From the human T2T-CHM13v2.0 reference genome, Homo sapiens: DNA of 64,000 nucleotides. The translations under genes and the position numbers were made by a program. The notes beneath the pieces were generated by a model that was not told the DNA's origin, did no database searches, and was given only the letters and a program-made list of their open reading frames with translations. Shown piece after piece: positions 1 to 16,982 of the stretch. The stretch is from assembly GCF_009914755.1 (NCBI RefSeq), contig NC_060926.1, one strand, 5' to 3'. Each line of letters begins with the position of its first letter. The first letter of the stretch is position 1.

Positions 1-260
1 CTGAGGTGGGTGGATCACAAGGACATGAGATCGAGACCATCCTGGCTAACACGGTGAAACCCCGTCTCCAGTAAAAATACAAATAAAAATTAGCCAGGCA
101 TGGTGGCGTGTGCCTGTAGTCCCACCTACTCAGGAGGCTGAGGCAGGAGAATGGTGTGAACCCAGGAGGCAGAGATTGCAGTGAGCCAAGATTGCGCTAC
201 TGCACTCCAGCCTGGCCAATAGAGTAAGACTCTGTCTCAAAAAAAAAAAAAAAAAAAAAA
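1..260 (+). mobile_element. Alu (AluY/Sc-like), cut by the window start
   Basis: Alu body with a 22-A tail. Confidence 0.95.
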
Positions 261-786
261 GTGGAATCCTGGAAGTGGGGCCAGGAATCATCTTTAAACA
301 AGCTTCCCAGGTGATCCTGACATTTGAGAACTGCTAGATTAGGGATCTCTGACCTGTCCGAGAAGTCAGAATAGCCCACAAGACAACGTGAATTTTACAG
401 AATCTTTTCACACTGTGGTCCATTACCAACAGGGAAGAGTCAGAAGCCCAGGCCCTGAGAGCACAAGGGCATGGTTATAGATGAGTAAGGTGACCATGGA
501 CTAGTCAACTCTGTTCTCTCTCGGGTCCATCCTTGTTTGGGGTAAATGGTGAGGTCAGTGTGGGAAGGTCCTGCCCTGTGCAGAGCACAGCTCTCTGTAG
601 GGGCTTTGCAGAGCTACTGGGTGGGAATGGACCTGCAGTGAGGGTGGGAGGCCTGGAGTTTTTGTCCTTGGAGGAAGGTGAGCCAGGCCTCTCCGAGGAG
701 GGGAGAAAACCCTGGACACAACCTTCCAGGGCTCCAAACTATCTGTGAGCATCCTGGACTCTGTGGCTCTAACAACTTAAATAATT

Positions 787-792
787 TTTATT
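787..792 (-). terminator. IHH: IHH polyadenylation signal (AATAAA); 3' UTR about 770-1550
   Basis: TTTATT on + strand in an AT-rich patch about 760 nt past the stop codon, followed on the minus strand by T/GT-rich sequence. Confidence 0.85.
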
Positions 793-1550
793 ACAAAAGG
801 AAGAAAAGACCAAAACATCCCCAAAATTCTCCCATGGGCTTCCCCCTCCACTCCAATAAATAAGGTATGGGAGACTGACCGGCGGAGGGGGTGGGGATCA
901 TGGTTCAGCAGAAGGGGGAGCTTAGCCGGGGGGGTGGCAAGCACATCCAACCCACCTCCCCCAGTCCCCGGCACTACGGTCACATTGGCCAGAACACAGA
1001 ACTCTGCCCACAGACAGCAACAGTCTCTGGATGTGTCTTGAGGAGTGTGGCCGGGGAGGAATGTCATACCTCAGAATGGCCGGGATGGCTGCCCCACCCC
1101 TGTGGCCTTCCCAGTTCTGGACAGCATCGGGTCCAGCCAGATCCATGCTGGCTCCCAGGGAATTTAGCAGCATCAACTGAGGCGCAAGCCCACCCAAAGG
1201 GGCCTAAGATGGATGGAATGGGCCCTCCCCAATGGGGGAGGCAGAGTATGAAAACTCGTAGTGAGAGCAGGCTGAGTTGGGAGTCGCCGTGCCAGCCTCA
1301 AGGTCTCTAGGAGAGAGGGGTCAACAACCATCCCCTCGCCAGCTCAGCTTGCAGCTCTATGACTACACCACGACGCGGGTGGGGGACGCTGGTGTTGCCC
1401 AGTCAAGTCTCAATGGTGTATCTTCATGGCAGAGGAGATGGCAGGAGCCAGTGTCCCCCAGCTCAGGTCCCTTCCAGGGCCAGCTCCCTCCTGGCTGAGA
1501 GGCTTCTGGACCCAGTACAGCAGTTCCAGGAGGGCAGCGGTGGAGTCCTT

Positions 1551-2327
<777 letters not shown>

Positions 2328-3703
2328 TCACCATATCCCAGCTCCTGCCCCCCACTTCCTATGCAGGCTTGAACCCATACTTCACTGCCCCCATCCCCTT
2401 ACTCCAATGTGATCTTCTGTGACCCCCCTCCCCAGCCTAATACTTTGCCAAGGAGCATAGTGGGGCTCCAAGACCCAGTGGATGAGAAGGAAAGGGCTAC
2501 CTCATGGAAGGGGGAGGTTGCTTAGCTCCTCCGAGGCCTAGATGTTCTGTTATTTCTCACCCCTTGCTCAGACACTTCCCAAAAATTGCCCTCTCAGGCT
2601 GACTCCCCAGGTTCTGTAACAGAGCTGGACCTTTGAATGTAGGGATGTGAGAGGAGCCCACCCAGTGGGGCAAAGGCAGACTCCTGGGCAGCCTCGGAGT
2701 GAATGTTTGGGTCAGGGGCAGGCCAGGGGCGAGGACACAGTCACCATCTTCAGTTCACATGCTGAGTCCCTGTGCAGGGACAGAACACTGCGGCATCAGC
2801 AGGTGAGCTGGAGAACAGTGTTTGGGGGTCAGGAGTAATGAATGGAAGTGGTTGTCGTGGGTCAATGTTTGCAGTGAAGGGTGGATGGGGCTTGCAGTAG
2901 ACACAGTTGGCAGGGGAAGTATTGAGTGGAAGGTTCAGGGTGTGGTTGTGGGTCAGGGTAGGGTCAGGAATATCAAAATGTGGGCCTGGGCTCAGTGTGC
3001 GGGTCTATGAGAGTGCAACTATTACACGCTGCCAGTGTGAAAGGCTGAGCCGGCAGCCAGGTGGGGCTTGGCTGGGAGCCACACAGGAACCATTTGGAGC
3101 CTCCATGGCTGGGTTCAGTGTAGGTGACAGGGTGCTGACAAGACTTGAGGGAGGGGTGAGGCCCCAGTGCCTGCCAATTCTGATCAACAATGCGGCCAAT
3201 CTGGGAAAATCCACTTTATTGAGTCCACTTTGTTTAGTCTGGCTCTCCTGGCTGGCTTTGCCCCAAAATGTCCAGCTTCAGGGCACAGGGGGAGAGGTTG
3301 GGGACGCCTGCGCCCCAGGGAGGGCTGACCTGCAGCTGGGTGGTGGGTTCTGAGCCTCTGGGCTCCTGGTCAGGCATGCAGGTGTCTGGGCATACCCCGG
3401 CTCCTGGCCCCACCACCCGCCTTGTTCTGTGCCAGGTGGGGTGGGGAGGCCTTGTCTGGCAGCCTGGCTTCCTCCATCTGTCCAGCTTGCTCTGTCTTGC
3501 ACCTCCTGTGGCAGGCTCTGGACTGTGGGCCACCAGGTCAGCACCCAGCAGCCCTGGGACAGGGCCCTATCGCCCTAGGCTCCTACCATGACACTGCCAG
3601 GCATGGGATGAGCAGGCAGTCACGGTCAGGAGCAGCCTTGGAGAGCGCCGCTGATGTCCTCTTCCCCCGGATCCCTGCCTCCATCCCCGGGCGGGCCTCT
3701 TCA

Positions 3704-4216
<513 letters not shown>

Positions 4217-5032
4217 CTAGCATACAGCCGCCCCCGGGGATCTGGACCGCACGGCGGTATCACAAATCTGGAGGAGGCATGGAGGCAAGCGCCCTGGCGG
4301 CGCCTTCACTGGTAGGTGGAGGTCCCCTCTCTCCTGTGCTGTCTTCAGCTCCGGGTATCCATCCCTCCACAGACAGGACTACACCTTTCAGCGCCCGGTC
4401 CCTCTGTGCCTCCAAGGCAGGAGGGCCAGCCAGCGGCCGGGAGGGAGGAGTGGCAGCGGAGCCGACTGCCTGCGGCGGGCCTGCGAGGCGTGCAAGGCCC
4501 GAGGTGCCCAGTAGGTGTCACCGCAGCCTCAGGGCTGAGGCCTGGGGACGACAGGCTCTGGAGGCGCGGCAGGTGCAGAGCGTCTCGGTAGCTTCAGGGG
4601 GTGTGTTGGAGGGGAATCGCCGGCCTGCCTGGATCCCTCGAGCACCACCGAGGATTCCCGCTGGGACCCTCTTATAATCTTAAACCGGCCCACAACCCCG
4701 CCAGAGATGACAGGGCCAGGGAACCAGAAACCGGCGGATTAGCGCCAGGGCCGCCCAATGGGGGGCCACATGCAACGTCTTCCTCTGCAAGGCGCAAAAG
4801 GGGCTGACAATCCCAGACCTCCAGGACCTCTGCACCGGTGCCCCGCCCCTATACCGTAGGAAGGAACTCCATAAACCAAGCTTCTGATCTCAGGGAGCCA
4901 GCTCCACCATCCTCCTCACGTGGAGTTGGGGTAGAGCCGCGCCCTGGGGGAAGGACCGAAGCGGTCATCCTTGGTTGCTGCCTCCTGGTGTGCCTGGGTC
5001 CTGAGAGCCCAAGAGACTGTGCAGCTGACTCT

Positions 5033-5098
5033 GAGAAGAAGAAGCTGGGGCCAGGGCCTTGGTCTGAGGGGAAAGGCCCTTCCACCAGTCCTCGACTC
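5033..5098 (-). ncRNA. MIR3131: microRNA-3131 precursor in IHH intron 1 (mature sequence 5073-5095)
   Basis: The minus strand reads TCGAGGACTGGTGGAAGGGCCTT, matching my recollection of mature hsa-miR-3131. AGGGCCTT pairs with AAGGCCCT downstream to form a hairpin. Confidence 0.88.
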
Positions 5099-6107
5099 TG
5101 AGACTCTGAGATTCGAGGCGCCAACAAGTGTGGGCAGCCCAAGTCTCAACCTACCCCCACCCTGCAGAGCCCGGGCCTCACAGACCCTTGGACTCAGCCT
5201 TCCTAGGAGCCAATAGCAGCTACAACCCAGGGCCTCGCAGGTCCTCGCTGGTGCACAGCCTGGCTGGGGGTGCTTACTGCCCAGGGAGGGAGCTCCGCTT
5301 GCTCCTTCGTAGACCCTGCCGTCAGGCTTCTAGCCCCGCACCTATGCCCGCCTGCAGCCCTGGTTCCCCGCCTCTCTCCCTCACTGCCACCGCCCCCTCT
5401 CGGGTCCAGAGCCCGGGCGTGCGCTGTCAATGATTGCCCAGCCCGTGGCCCGGATCCTTATCTGCATTCCTCGGCGCCCGGCCCGGCCCGGCCACCAGCC
5501 AACCTTCGGCCCCGACACTGGCCGGCCAGCCCCGGCGCCAGGGTGCATGCTGAGGGCCCTGAGTCTAGCTGCTCTTCCCAACGGATCTAGAAAGCCAGGG
5601 GCCTGCTTTCAGGGGGAAGCCTCGGGAGACCCCGAAGGAAGGGGGTGAAGGTCTCTCCCCTCGCGGACCTGGCTGCTGGGAAGGAATTTGCGCCTCTAAG
5701 CTTGGGTGGAGCGCGGGTCCTACTCCAGCATGCAGAGACTAGCGTCAGCCCTGGTCCCTGCCTCCCTCGGCATCTCAGCCCCTCTTTTCCACTCCTTCCC
5801 GTCCCCACCACCAAGCCCAGGAATCCCCTAAGCTCAGTCCCAGAGCCCGAAGGCCCCAATAACCCACCCTTCCACCGCAGTAGCACCCCTCAGCTCTCCG
5901 GACAGACACGTGGGCTCGCTGGGCAGGTTCCTTTTCCCACCTCCGCCTCCCGATTCAACTCTTCCTCGCTGTTCTTAACCCCAGACCCAGCCGGGACGCT
6001 GCTCCTGGAAGGGGCAGCCCGTAGAACCAAGAGCGCACAGGGAGGAAAGGCCGTGGTGACCCTACGCACCCAGAGATTCTTTGCCTCAGGGGTGCCGAAA
6101 AGTTTCA

Positions 6108-7720
<1,613 letters not shown>

Positions 7721-7956
7721 CATAACCTGGTGCCCCACCCTGGCCCGGGCGACGCGCCCTTTCAGCTTGGTGGAGCTGGGTTCTGTATCAACCCGGTGCA
7801 CATCCCACAGCCTGCCTGTCGGTGTCAAACTGGGGATGGGGAGTCTGGCCTTTTGAAGAGTCAAATAGGGGGTTTTAAGTTGGAAACACTGTTGAAAGTG
7901 ACAATATGAAGTTGCAAAGGGATAGGTCAATATGCAGAGAAGGGTAGCTAAAATGG

Positions 7957-7964
7957 TGACGTCA
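7957..7964. promoter_or_regulatory. Full CRE palindrome (TGACGTCA), candidate CREB/ATF site
   Basis: Exact 8-bp palindrome about 1.1 kb upstream of the IHH ATG, with its CpG retained just outside the island. Confidence 0.5.
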
Positions 7965-10900
7965 ACAGAATACCGAGGAACCCCGACTGACCATGTTAAA
8001 GAGGGGCAGCAAAGATCTCAGTAACGGGGGCTTGGTATGAATGCCAAAATGATGCAAAGCCACCGGAACTGCTAAATAATTACTTGGTTCTATATTACAC
8101 ATCTAAAAGAGCACAGAATATGTAGAAACAACTAGGAACGTGAACATGTGTTATGTGTTTTTATATGACATTCGAGAAAGCTGAATGAATTAGGATCCCT
8201 TCTGCCAAAACAAGTAAAGGCAAGTGTGTTAAAAAGCAAACAAAAAACATCACCACCACAACACCAAACTATATGATTTGACTGTAATAGATTCTACAAA
8301 TCCAATAAAGGTAGAAATGAAAAGATGAGAAATAAAAAGACTTAAAAATTCTCACTCAAATGCTATTAATACAATAGGTACCATTTTATTGGTACTTATA
8401 TTCCTGAACATGGTAGTTATTAGATATTATTGTACTATGTCTTCTACTTGCATTATCTAATTTAAACTCGAAACGGCCAAAGGAGCTATTACTGTCCACA
8501 TTTTACGAATGAAGATATTGAAGTTCAGAGAAGATGAACAACTTGCTAGTGGCTGAAAAGCAGGGATTGAAGCCCATGACTCTGGCCCAGCCCCAGTTTT
8601 TGCCCATGCAGGTGCATTGTCCCTCTGTGCAGGACCAGTCCACTCAACACCACTGGGTTCGGGGCTGAAGTAGCTGTTCACAGATTTACTCACACTCTCT
8701 GGATCGGTTTTATAAACACAAATTCAGGATTGGATGAGACTCAAGAGAGTGCTTAATCTAAGCGCTTGATATTACAGAAAAGGAAACTGAGGCCCACAGA
8801 AAGAAATTTAGGATTGCTCCACTAGGAGTGGAGTGGTGCCTGCAATGTGGAAACAAAATGGATCGCCTCCTTTCCTCCCCTTTGCCCGCACCTTCTCCCC
8901 ACCCCGCGTGTTCTCTCTTGCATTAGCATTCAGATTCTGTTTCCTAGTCAAAGATGAATGTTGCTTCTTTTCCCTGAAAGCTTTCCAAGTGCTTTAACTT
9001 GTATTTTCCAGGGCTCAAGAACTATCTCTGCGATATTCTCCATCTCCTTTCCCTCCTGCCCCTCTACCTCAGATTTCTGGAACAGGGTCAGTACCTCTCA
9101 CAAACCAAACAGGGGCTCTCTGTTTTTATGGAGTTCCATGAAAGAAAATTCCATAGGCTTCTGCGGTCACCTATCCCACTGTTTAATAATATTCTTCTAG
9201 AGAAATTTCGCCTTAAATTTAATCTATCTCCCTCCCTCTCTAATGCAAATTCAACTCGTTCCTCTTTTTCTGGCCTTAGGGATTAGGGCCATTATCCTGC
9301 TGATTATCCTTCATGCATTGTCTTGAAGAGTTGTTAAATTGCTTTCAATCTTCTTTTCTCCAAGTAAAAGACAATTTCTTTAAGTTCTCTCAGAGGTTCT
9401 AATTTATAACCATTTATTAGCTTTTCCATTCTTCCTCTCATTTCTCCTCTCTCAGACTGTAATTCTAACCTATTAAATACAAATCTGGTAAAGATCTGAT
9501 CCATGTCAAATAAGTTTTTATGCTATAAGTACTCCCATAGCTTGCCATCAGTTGTGCCTCTGCAGCAGAGCCACCTCGTTGGTTGAGACTGGGCTTCACC
9601 AAGACCAGATCCTCCTCTGCCAGGCTAATTTAGGAACAGTGATTAGGGTGTGTGCTGGAGAAGCAGAGGGAGACCAGCGTGTATCAAGTCTTTTCTCTCT
9701 GCCAGGTGCTTTACACAATTAGTAAAATCTCCACAATAATCCTCTGTGCATGACATTATTCTCATTTTACAAATTTATAACTCCAAGATCTAGATGCCAA
9801 GTAACTTGCCTGGGGTCCCAGAGCTAAAATTTGAACCCAGAGCTTTTGCACTCCAAAGCTATACTCTTTTCTCAGGACATAATGGTGCTCCAAGATCTGA
9901 ATCTCAAATTTGGGTCAACATCAGTCCAACCTCCTTCAGTGGAGGAAGGATGGAGACTGGGAGCACCATAATTTCTACAGCAGTGACCTGGAGCACTTTA
10001 AATCCAACCTGGGGCCTCAGTATCCGGGTCATTTCTTGGCTGCCTATGTTCTTAGCTGTTCAGTAGGTGTTGGGTGGCTTTTAAACTGGGCTAGTAGCTC
10101 CTTAGACCTATCAAACAAGGCCTGGTTCTTTTTCTGATCATTGCCAGCCTCTGTCAGCAGTATTAAAATTGGACGGGGGCAGAGTATGCCACTATGGAAG
10201 CTCCAGTGGCATACAGCCTGGGACATGTGACCTCATTATCAGGAGAGAGATGCAGTGATCGAGCCTCACTGGGCTCGACCCTCCTGGGCCTGCTGGTAAA
10301 ATCACTTTCTTCTTTCACCTTTAGATCTCTTCTATCCTTCAATCAGCTCTATTTTGAAGAGAACAAATTATCTATTGCTTTGGATAATATGATTAATTTT
10401 TTGTTTAGAAAAGTGAAAGTTAAAAAAATAGGTTAGAAATGGAGGGAAATACATAATAGAACATAATTTAAATATCTACTTAGTAGACTACCATGTTAGT
10501 ATTTTTAGTCAATCTTAATTTAACACTATATAGTAGAAATACATTGTACTTATAGTATATACATGATATTCTATAGCATATCTTCACATCCACATACATA
10601 CTGCATAGGTCCATACTTCTATAGTCAACTAGTATTTTTTCTCCTAATCCTGCCACTTGACCAGATCAATCCAGCTCTAAATCCAAGGGTGGTAAGCCAC
10701 AACCAGACAAGTTTCAGGAATGCAGTTAGTCCAACACCCTCCAGTGACCCAGTGCACAGCAACCCTGGCTCAGTAGAAACAGTAGACCTGGAGGTGGCAA
10801 ACCCATGCCTGAACACCATCTTTGCTACCTTCTACCTGTGTGACCTTAGACATGACTCTGAACTTCCATTTTCTCATCTATAACATGAAAATAATATCAC

Positions 10901-12255
10901 ATACCTCATAGAGTTGTTGAAAGGGTTAAAACATATAAGCTTTAAAGTACAAATGTTACTTATAATTCACTTTTATCCTCTGCTGGGTTCACTTAGGGAC
11001 AGCAGCAAGTTTTCTGATTCCTATTACTCATCTAGGGGGAATACATAAGGAGGCTCATGTGTGGTGACCCAAGACAGCAGTGGTCATTAGCAGCCGCTAT
11101 CTCTTTCTATTAGGGAATATCTACCTTGATGCTGTAGTATAATAGGCACATAAGAACACAGAATGCAAACAGAAAAGTAGAAGATACAGTTGTCCTTGAG
11201 GAATTTACTATTTAACCTTAAAGACAAATCACGAAAATAAAAGACAATTACAAAGCCACAAATGCTACTCATAAATGAATACAGAATAATGCATTATAAA
11301 CTAGATAGGCTAACAGATTAGATGAATTTGGTCTAGGAGAATATGGAAATAAGAAATGATTAGCCTGGGGTTAGATCTCTTGGATAAAATCAGTTCTGAA
11401 GGAGGGAAGGGAATGACTGAAAAGAATGAAGAGGATACTCAGGAAAGGGGAGTGGTACAAGCAAAGATGATGGCCTAGTAATGATGAAGAGCCAAGTTAG
11501 ATGATCTAAGAAAGAGAGGAAACCCTAATATCGTCTCACAAAACCTTCACAAAAACCTTGTGAAGTTCACACTATTATCTTGATTTTACAAATGCAGAAA
11601 CTCAGGTTCAGAGCTTGTCCAATAGGGAGCTGGAGTTGGAATCCAGGCCCTTGTTGACTCCACGGTAACAGTCTCTTGGTGAATGATTCCCAGGGCAAGC
11701 ATGCTGGGTTGTCCACCTCTGTTCAAGTCAATCATTTTCCTTCCTAAATCGAAGAAACTGTTTTTCCTCCTTCTAGAACTGTTACCTTCTTCTTGGGCTT
11801 TTAACACCTTATACTTTATTTGACTGACCACTTCCCCAACAGAATGGTGTCACTCTGACTTCTACTGTTGATTTTTTGAAAAGGTAAGCAACTCCACCAA
11901 ATTTGGCCCCATATGCAGAAATAAAAGCATACCTGTCTTTCAAGCCTCTGATCAGTCCAGGTCACATTTGGAGATCCAACTAGAGCCACTCAAAACTAAC
12001 AATGCTTTGAAAGCTGGCTGTTGATTAGAAACGGGAATGTCAAGTTACCTTTGCTCAAACAATAAGCTCATTACAAGGTACTTCAGAGAGAGTCAGGCAT
12101 TAAAGACCTTGCTTTGATGACTTTGAAAAGCTAGGAAAAGGCAGAATTAGTTACAGAGTGTTTTTCCCTCAAATCAGAGACCAAAGATTGTGGGAAACTC
12201 TTATCTTATAGAAAGACATTTACAGAAAAAAAAAGACAGACGTCTTTTTTTCTAG

Positions 12256-12560
12256 GGCTGGGCTTGGTGGCTCACACCTGTAATCCCAGCACTTTGGGAG
12301 GCCAAAGCCAGTGGATCACTTGAGGTCAAGAGTTCAAGACCAGCCTGGCCAACATGGCGAAACTCCTTCTTTACTAAAAATACAAAATTTAGCTGGGTGT
12401 GGTGGTGCGCGCCTATAATCCCAGCTATTCAGGTGGCTGAGGCACAAGGATGGCTTGAACCCCGGAGGCAGAGGTTGTCGTGAGCCAAGATTGCACCACT
12501 GCACTCCAGCCTGGCCAACAGAGCAAGACTCTGTCAGAAGAAGAAGAAGGAGGAGGAGAA
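12256..12560 (+). mobile_element. AluS with a GAA/GGA-degenerated tail
   Basis: Full dimeric Alu. Confidence 0.95.
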
Positions 12561-13265
12561 GGACATGGATTATAATATATTGACTAACTAATGAGCTTTA
12601 TTTCTGAGCTACCACGCCCAGCCTTTATTTCTACTCCAGTCTCTATTTGAGAAGAAGTGAGCTGCTTAATAGAAAATCTTAGAAAACACTAGTTCAGTGA
12701 ATGTTCAATAATACTCAAGTGATTCCCTGGCACGCCTATCAGCTTTCTGTAACTGGGTTTGTACTAATCTACCCACACTCTCTCACCCGGTCCCTCTGGG
12801 TAGAGATGGTACCCTAAGGATGCTGGGGATCTGTAGCCAAAGAAAGCAAGAAAGGATATAGTCATTTGCTTTTTAGTAACTTGTATTCTTAGCTTCTGCA
12901 AAATGACAAGTTTATTCTATTACGGTTATAACTAACAAAAGGGTATTTAACACTCACTCCCACCCTACAACAGAGTGCCCCAAACAAAACAGACTTCATT
13001 TATATCCACAAATTCCTAAAACCACCCAAGATACTGCTGGTGTGAACAGGGGTGTCTTATGTGTGTGATAATCTTTCTTCATTTATGCACTCCATAAAAA
13101 AAATTTTTGAGAACCTACTAAGTGCCAGACACTGTTCTAGGTGCTTGAAATGTGAGAGAACAAAAAACAAAACAAAACAAAATCCCTGTCCTCATGGAAC
13201 TTTATTCTAGTAAAGAGGAGTTGGGGAGACGGACAATTAAAAACGAACATAAGAACAAATAACTC

Positions 13266-13856
13266 ACTGAGCGCCATGGCTCATGCCTGTAATCCCAGCA
13301 CTTTGGGAGGCCGAGGCGGGCAGATCATCTGAGGTCAGGAGTTCGAGACCAGCATGGCCAACATGGTGAAACCCCGTCTCTACTAAAAATACAAAAATTA
13401 GCCAGGCATGGTGGTATCCACCTGTAATCCCAGCTATTCAAATGGCTGAGGCACCAGAATTGCTTGAACCAGGGAGGCAGAGGTTGCAGTGAGCCAAGAT
13501 CGCACCACTCCATTCCAGCCTGGGTGACAGAGCAAGACTCTGTCTCTAAATAAATAGGCTGGGCGCGGTGGTTCACACCTGTAATCCCAGGGAGGCGGAA
13601 GTGGGTGGATCACCTGAGGTCAGGAGTTTGAGACCAGCCTAGAAACATGGTGAAACCTCATCTCTACTAAAAATACAAAAATTAGCTGGGCATGGTGGTG
13701 CGTGCCTGTAATCCCAGCTACTAGGGAGACTGAGGCAGGAGAATCACTTGAACTCAGGAGGGACGTTTCAGTAAGCCGAGATGATGCCACCGCACTCCAG
13801 CCTGGGCAACAGAGTGAGGCTTCATCTCAAAAAATAAAATAAAATAAAATAAAATA
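13266..13856 (+). mobile_element. Two tandem AluS elements (second starts at 13557)
   Basis: Two Alu dimers head to tail; (AAAAT)n tail. Confidence 0.95.
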
Positions 13857-13858
13857 TA

Positions 13859-14219
13859 TAGTTGCGCTTCAGTTTACAATGGGGTTGTGTCCCGCTAAAC
13901 CCACTGTAAGTTGACAATATCCTAAGTCGAAAACGCATTTAATACACCTAACCTAGCAAATGTCACATCCTAGCTTACCTTAAACATGCTCAGAACGCTC
14001 ACATTAGCCTACAGTTGGCCAATATCATCTAACACAAAACCTGTTTTATAATCCAGTGTTGAATATCTAATGTAATTTACTGAATACTATACTGCAAGTG
14101 AAAAACAGAATGATTGTACGGGCACTCAAAGTACGGCTTCTACTGAATACAGATGGCTTTTGCACCATCATCGAGTCAAAAAATTGTAAGTTGAACCATC
14201 GTACATTGGGGATCATCTG
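13859..14219 (+). mobile_element. Tigger-family MITE (MER47/Tigger5-like)
   Basis: Ends resemble the CAGATGCTCCTCGACTTACGATGG terminal inverted repeat, with TA flanks; about 360 bp. Confidence 0.75.
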
Positions 14220-14745
14220 TAATAATAATAATGGGTTAGAAGGGAATAAGAAAGGACTATGGGCAAAACACCACATTCCAAGCACAGGGTGAAAGGATTG
14301 GGGTGCAGCCAGCTTGTGGCAGGAGGGGGATGCAAGGTCAGAAGGCAGATTCCTCCGTAGAGTGGTTAATGTTGGTCTCATTGAGAAGGTGCGATTTGAG
14401 CAAAGGGCTGAAAGAGGTGAAGGTTTTGACCAAGCAGATACCTAGGGGAAGAGCATTCTCGGCAGACAGAACCATGGTATGTCAGGGAAACAGCAAGGAG
14501 ACCATTGCGACTAAAGAAAATAAAGCTAGGTGGGAGAGTCACCGGAGAGGAGGATGGAGTGAGTGAGTTTAACTTTCTACTTTCTGATCACGAGGGTGTT
14601 TTTCAAACTTTTTGTAAAGCTCAGAGTGAAGATAATTTACCCTTTAAAGAGATTTATGTATTGACATGCAAATATAGACACAACATAATTAAGTAAAAGT
14701 AGGTAACAAAACAGTATATACATATAGGATTCTTTTAAACTTTAA

Positions 14746-15098
<353 letters not shown>

Positions 15099-15721
15099 TC
15101 CCATACTTGAAAAATTTGAGAGGAATGCTGGGTGTGGAGGCACTTGCCTATTGTCCCAGCTACTCAGGAAGTTGAGGTAAGGAGATTGTTTGAGACCAGA
15201 AATGTGAGACCAGACCGGGCAACTTAGTGAGACCCCATGGGGGAGAAAATAAAAAAAGAAACAATTTGGGGGAAAGAATCTATCTTTTAAATATCAACTT
15301 TGGGCTGGGCCTAATGGCTTTCCTTGAGCCCAGGAAGTTGAGGCTGCAGTAAGCCATGATTGTGCCACTGCACTACAGCCTGGGCAAATGAGTGAGATAC
15401 CTCGAAAGTAAATAAATGGAAAATTTAAAAATAAAGGGGAAATTTAACACAGTGATATTTTCAGCAAAAGGCAGAGAAGACTCCTCACTAGGACACCCAG
15501 CTTGTGAGGCGACTGACTTCGAGTTTGTACTTGGCTGTCATGCACCCGGGATGCACCAGGCACAAGTCACAGCCACACTGTTTTTGGAGGTGTCACCAGT
15601 CAACGAGGTGAAGTACAGTGAGGCCCCAGTTCCTGCACTATGGACTAGTGAACAGTCAAAGTGTGTGTGCATTTTTAGGGATTGACAAATGAAAATAGCA
15701 GAACTGTGCCAAACGAAACGA

Positions 15722-15727
15722 TTTAAT
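15722..15727 (-). terminator. NHEJ1: Candidate distal NHEJ1 poly(A) signal (ATTAAA), implying a 3' UTR of about 7 kb
   Basis: TTTAAT on + strand, with T-rich sequence (TATTTTCATTTGT) about 25 nt downstream on the minus strand. Agrees with my recollection of a long-UTR NHEJ1 annotation, which I cannot verify here. Confidence 0.4.
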
Positions 15728-16469
15728 CTGTTCATATAGGGTAGGGGTGGAGCAACAGCAGAGAACACTTCAGGGTTTCTCACCTAGGGTGCTCTGTGAT
15801 GACTCAGGGACTGGCCTGGCTCCTTTGGGTCATTCATCAAAGCCATTTTGAAGCAAGGACTGCTTAGTAGGAGCTGAGCTTTCCACCAGAAAGACAACTT
15901 AGGAAATAGCTCCTGGCTGTGAGAACCTAAGAGGTATGCATGGTTCTGGATGGGAATCTCAAAGATGATGGCGGTCATCAAATGGAACTGAAGCAGGTAG
16001 AGAAAGTGGTTTCAAAAGGATCTAAAGATGACGGAAAACATTTCAACAGTTAAACCACTTAGATAACTAATAGGAAGAATTCACTGGGAAGAAAAATCCC
16101 CACGGGAAGCTCCAGAGAATGGGCTATATTGCTGACCAGGAAGGGAGATATAGGAAGCCTATAAAGTTGGCTTAAACCTCATGTTGATTAAACCTCATGG
16201 TGTTCACAGACTTGAGCTGCAAGTGAGAAAATCCAATGGGAAAACATTCCAGATTGCTATAAAGCAATTCAAGGGAATGGCACTGGCTTGTAGGAAATGT
16301 ATTGGGAATGAGATAGAGAAATCCACATTCAACAAGAAACAGGAATCATTAAACATGCATTAACTCAAATTATATACTTATTGACTGCACTGAGTGCTTA
16401 TTCACTATCACCACCAACAGGGGCATTATGCTCCTTGCTGAATGGCCACAAACTGCCTGTGTTCAATAA

Positions 16470-16982
<513 letters not shown>

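Noticed and set aside
855-863. AATAAA on the + strand inside the IHH 3' UTR
   Set aside because: Wrong strand for IHH, and no evidence in the window for a convergent transcript.
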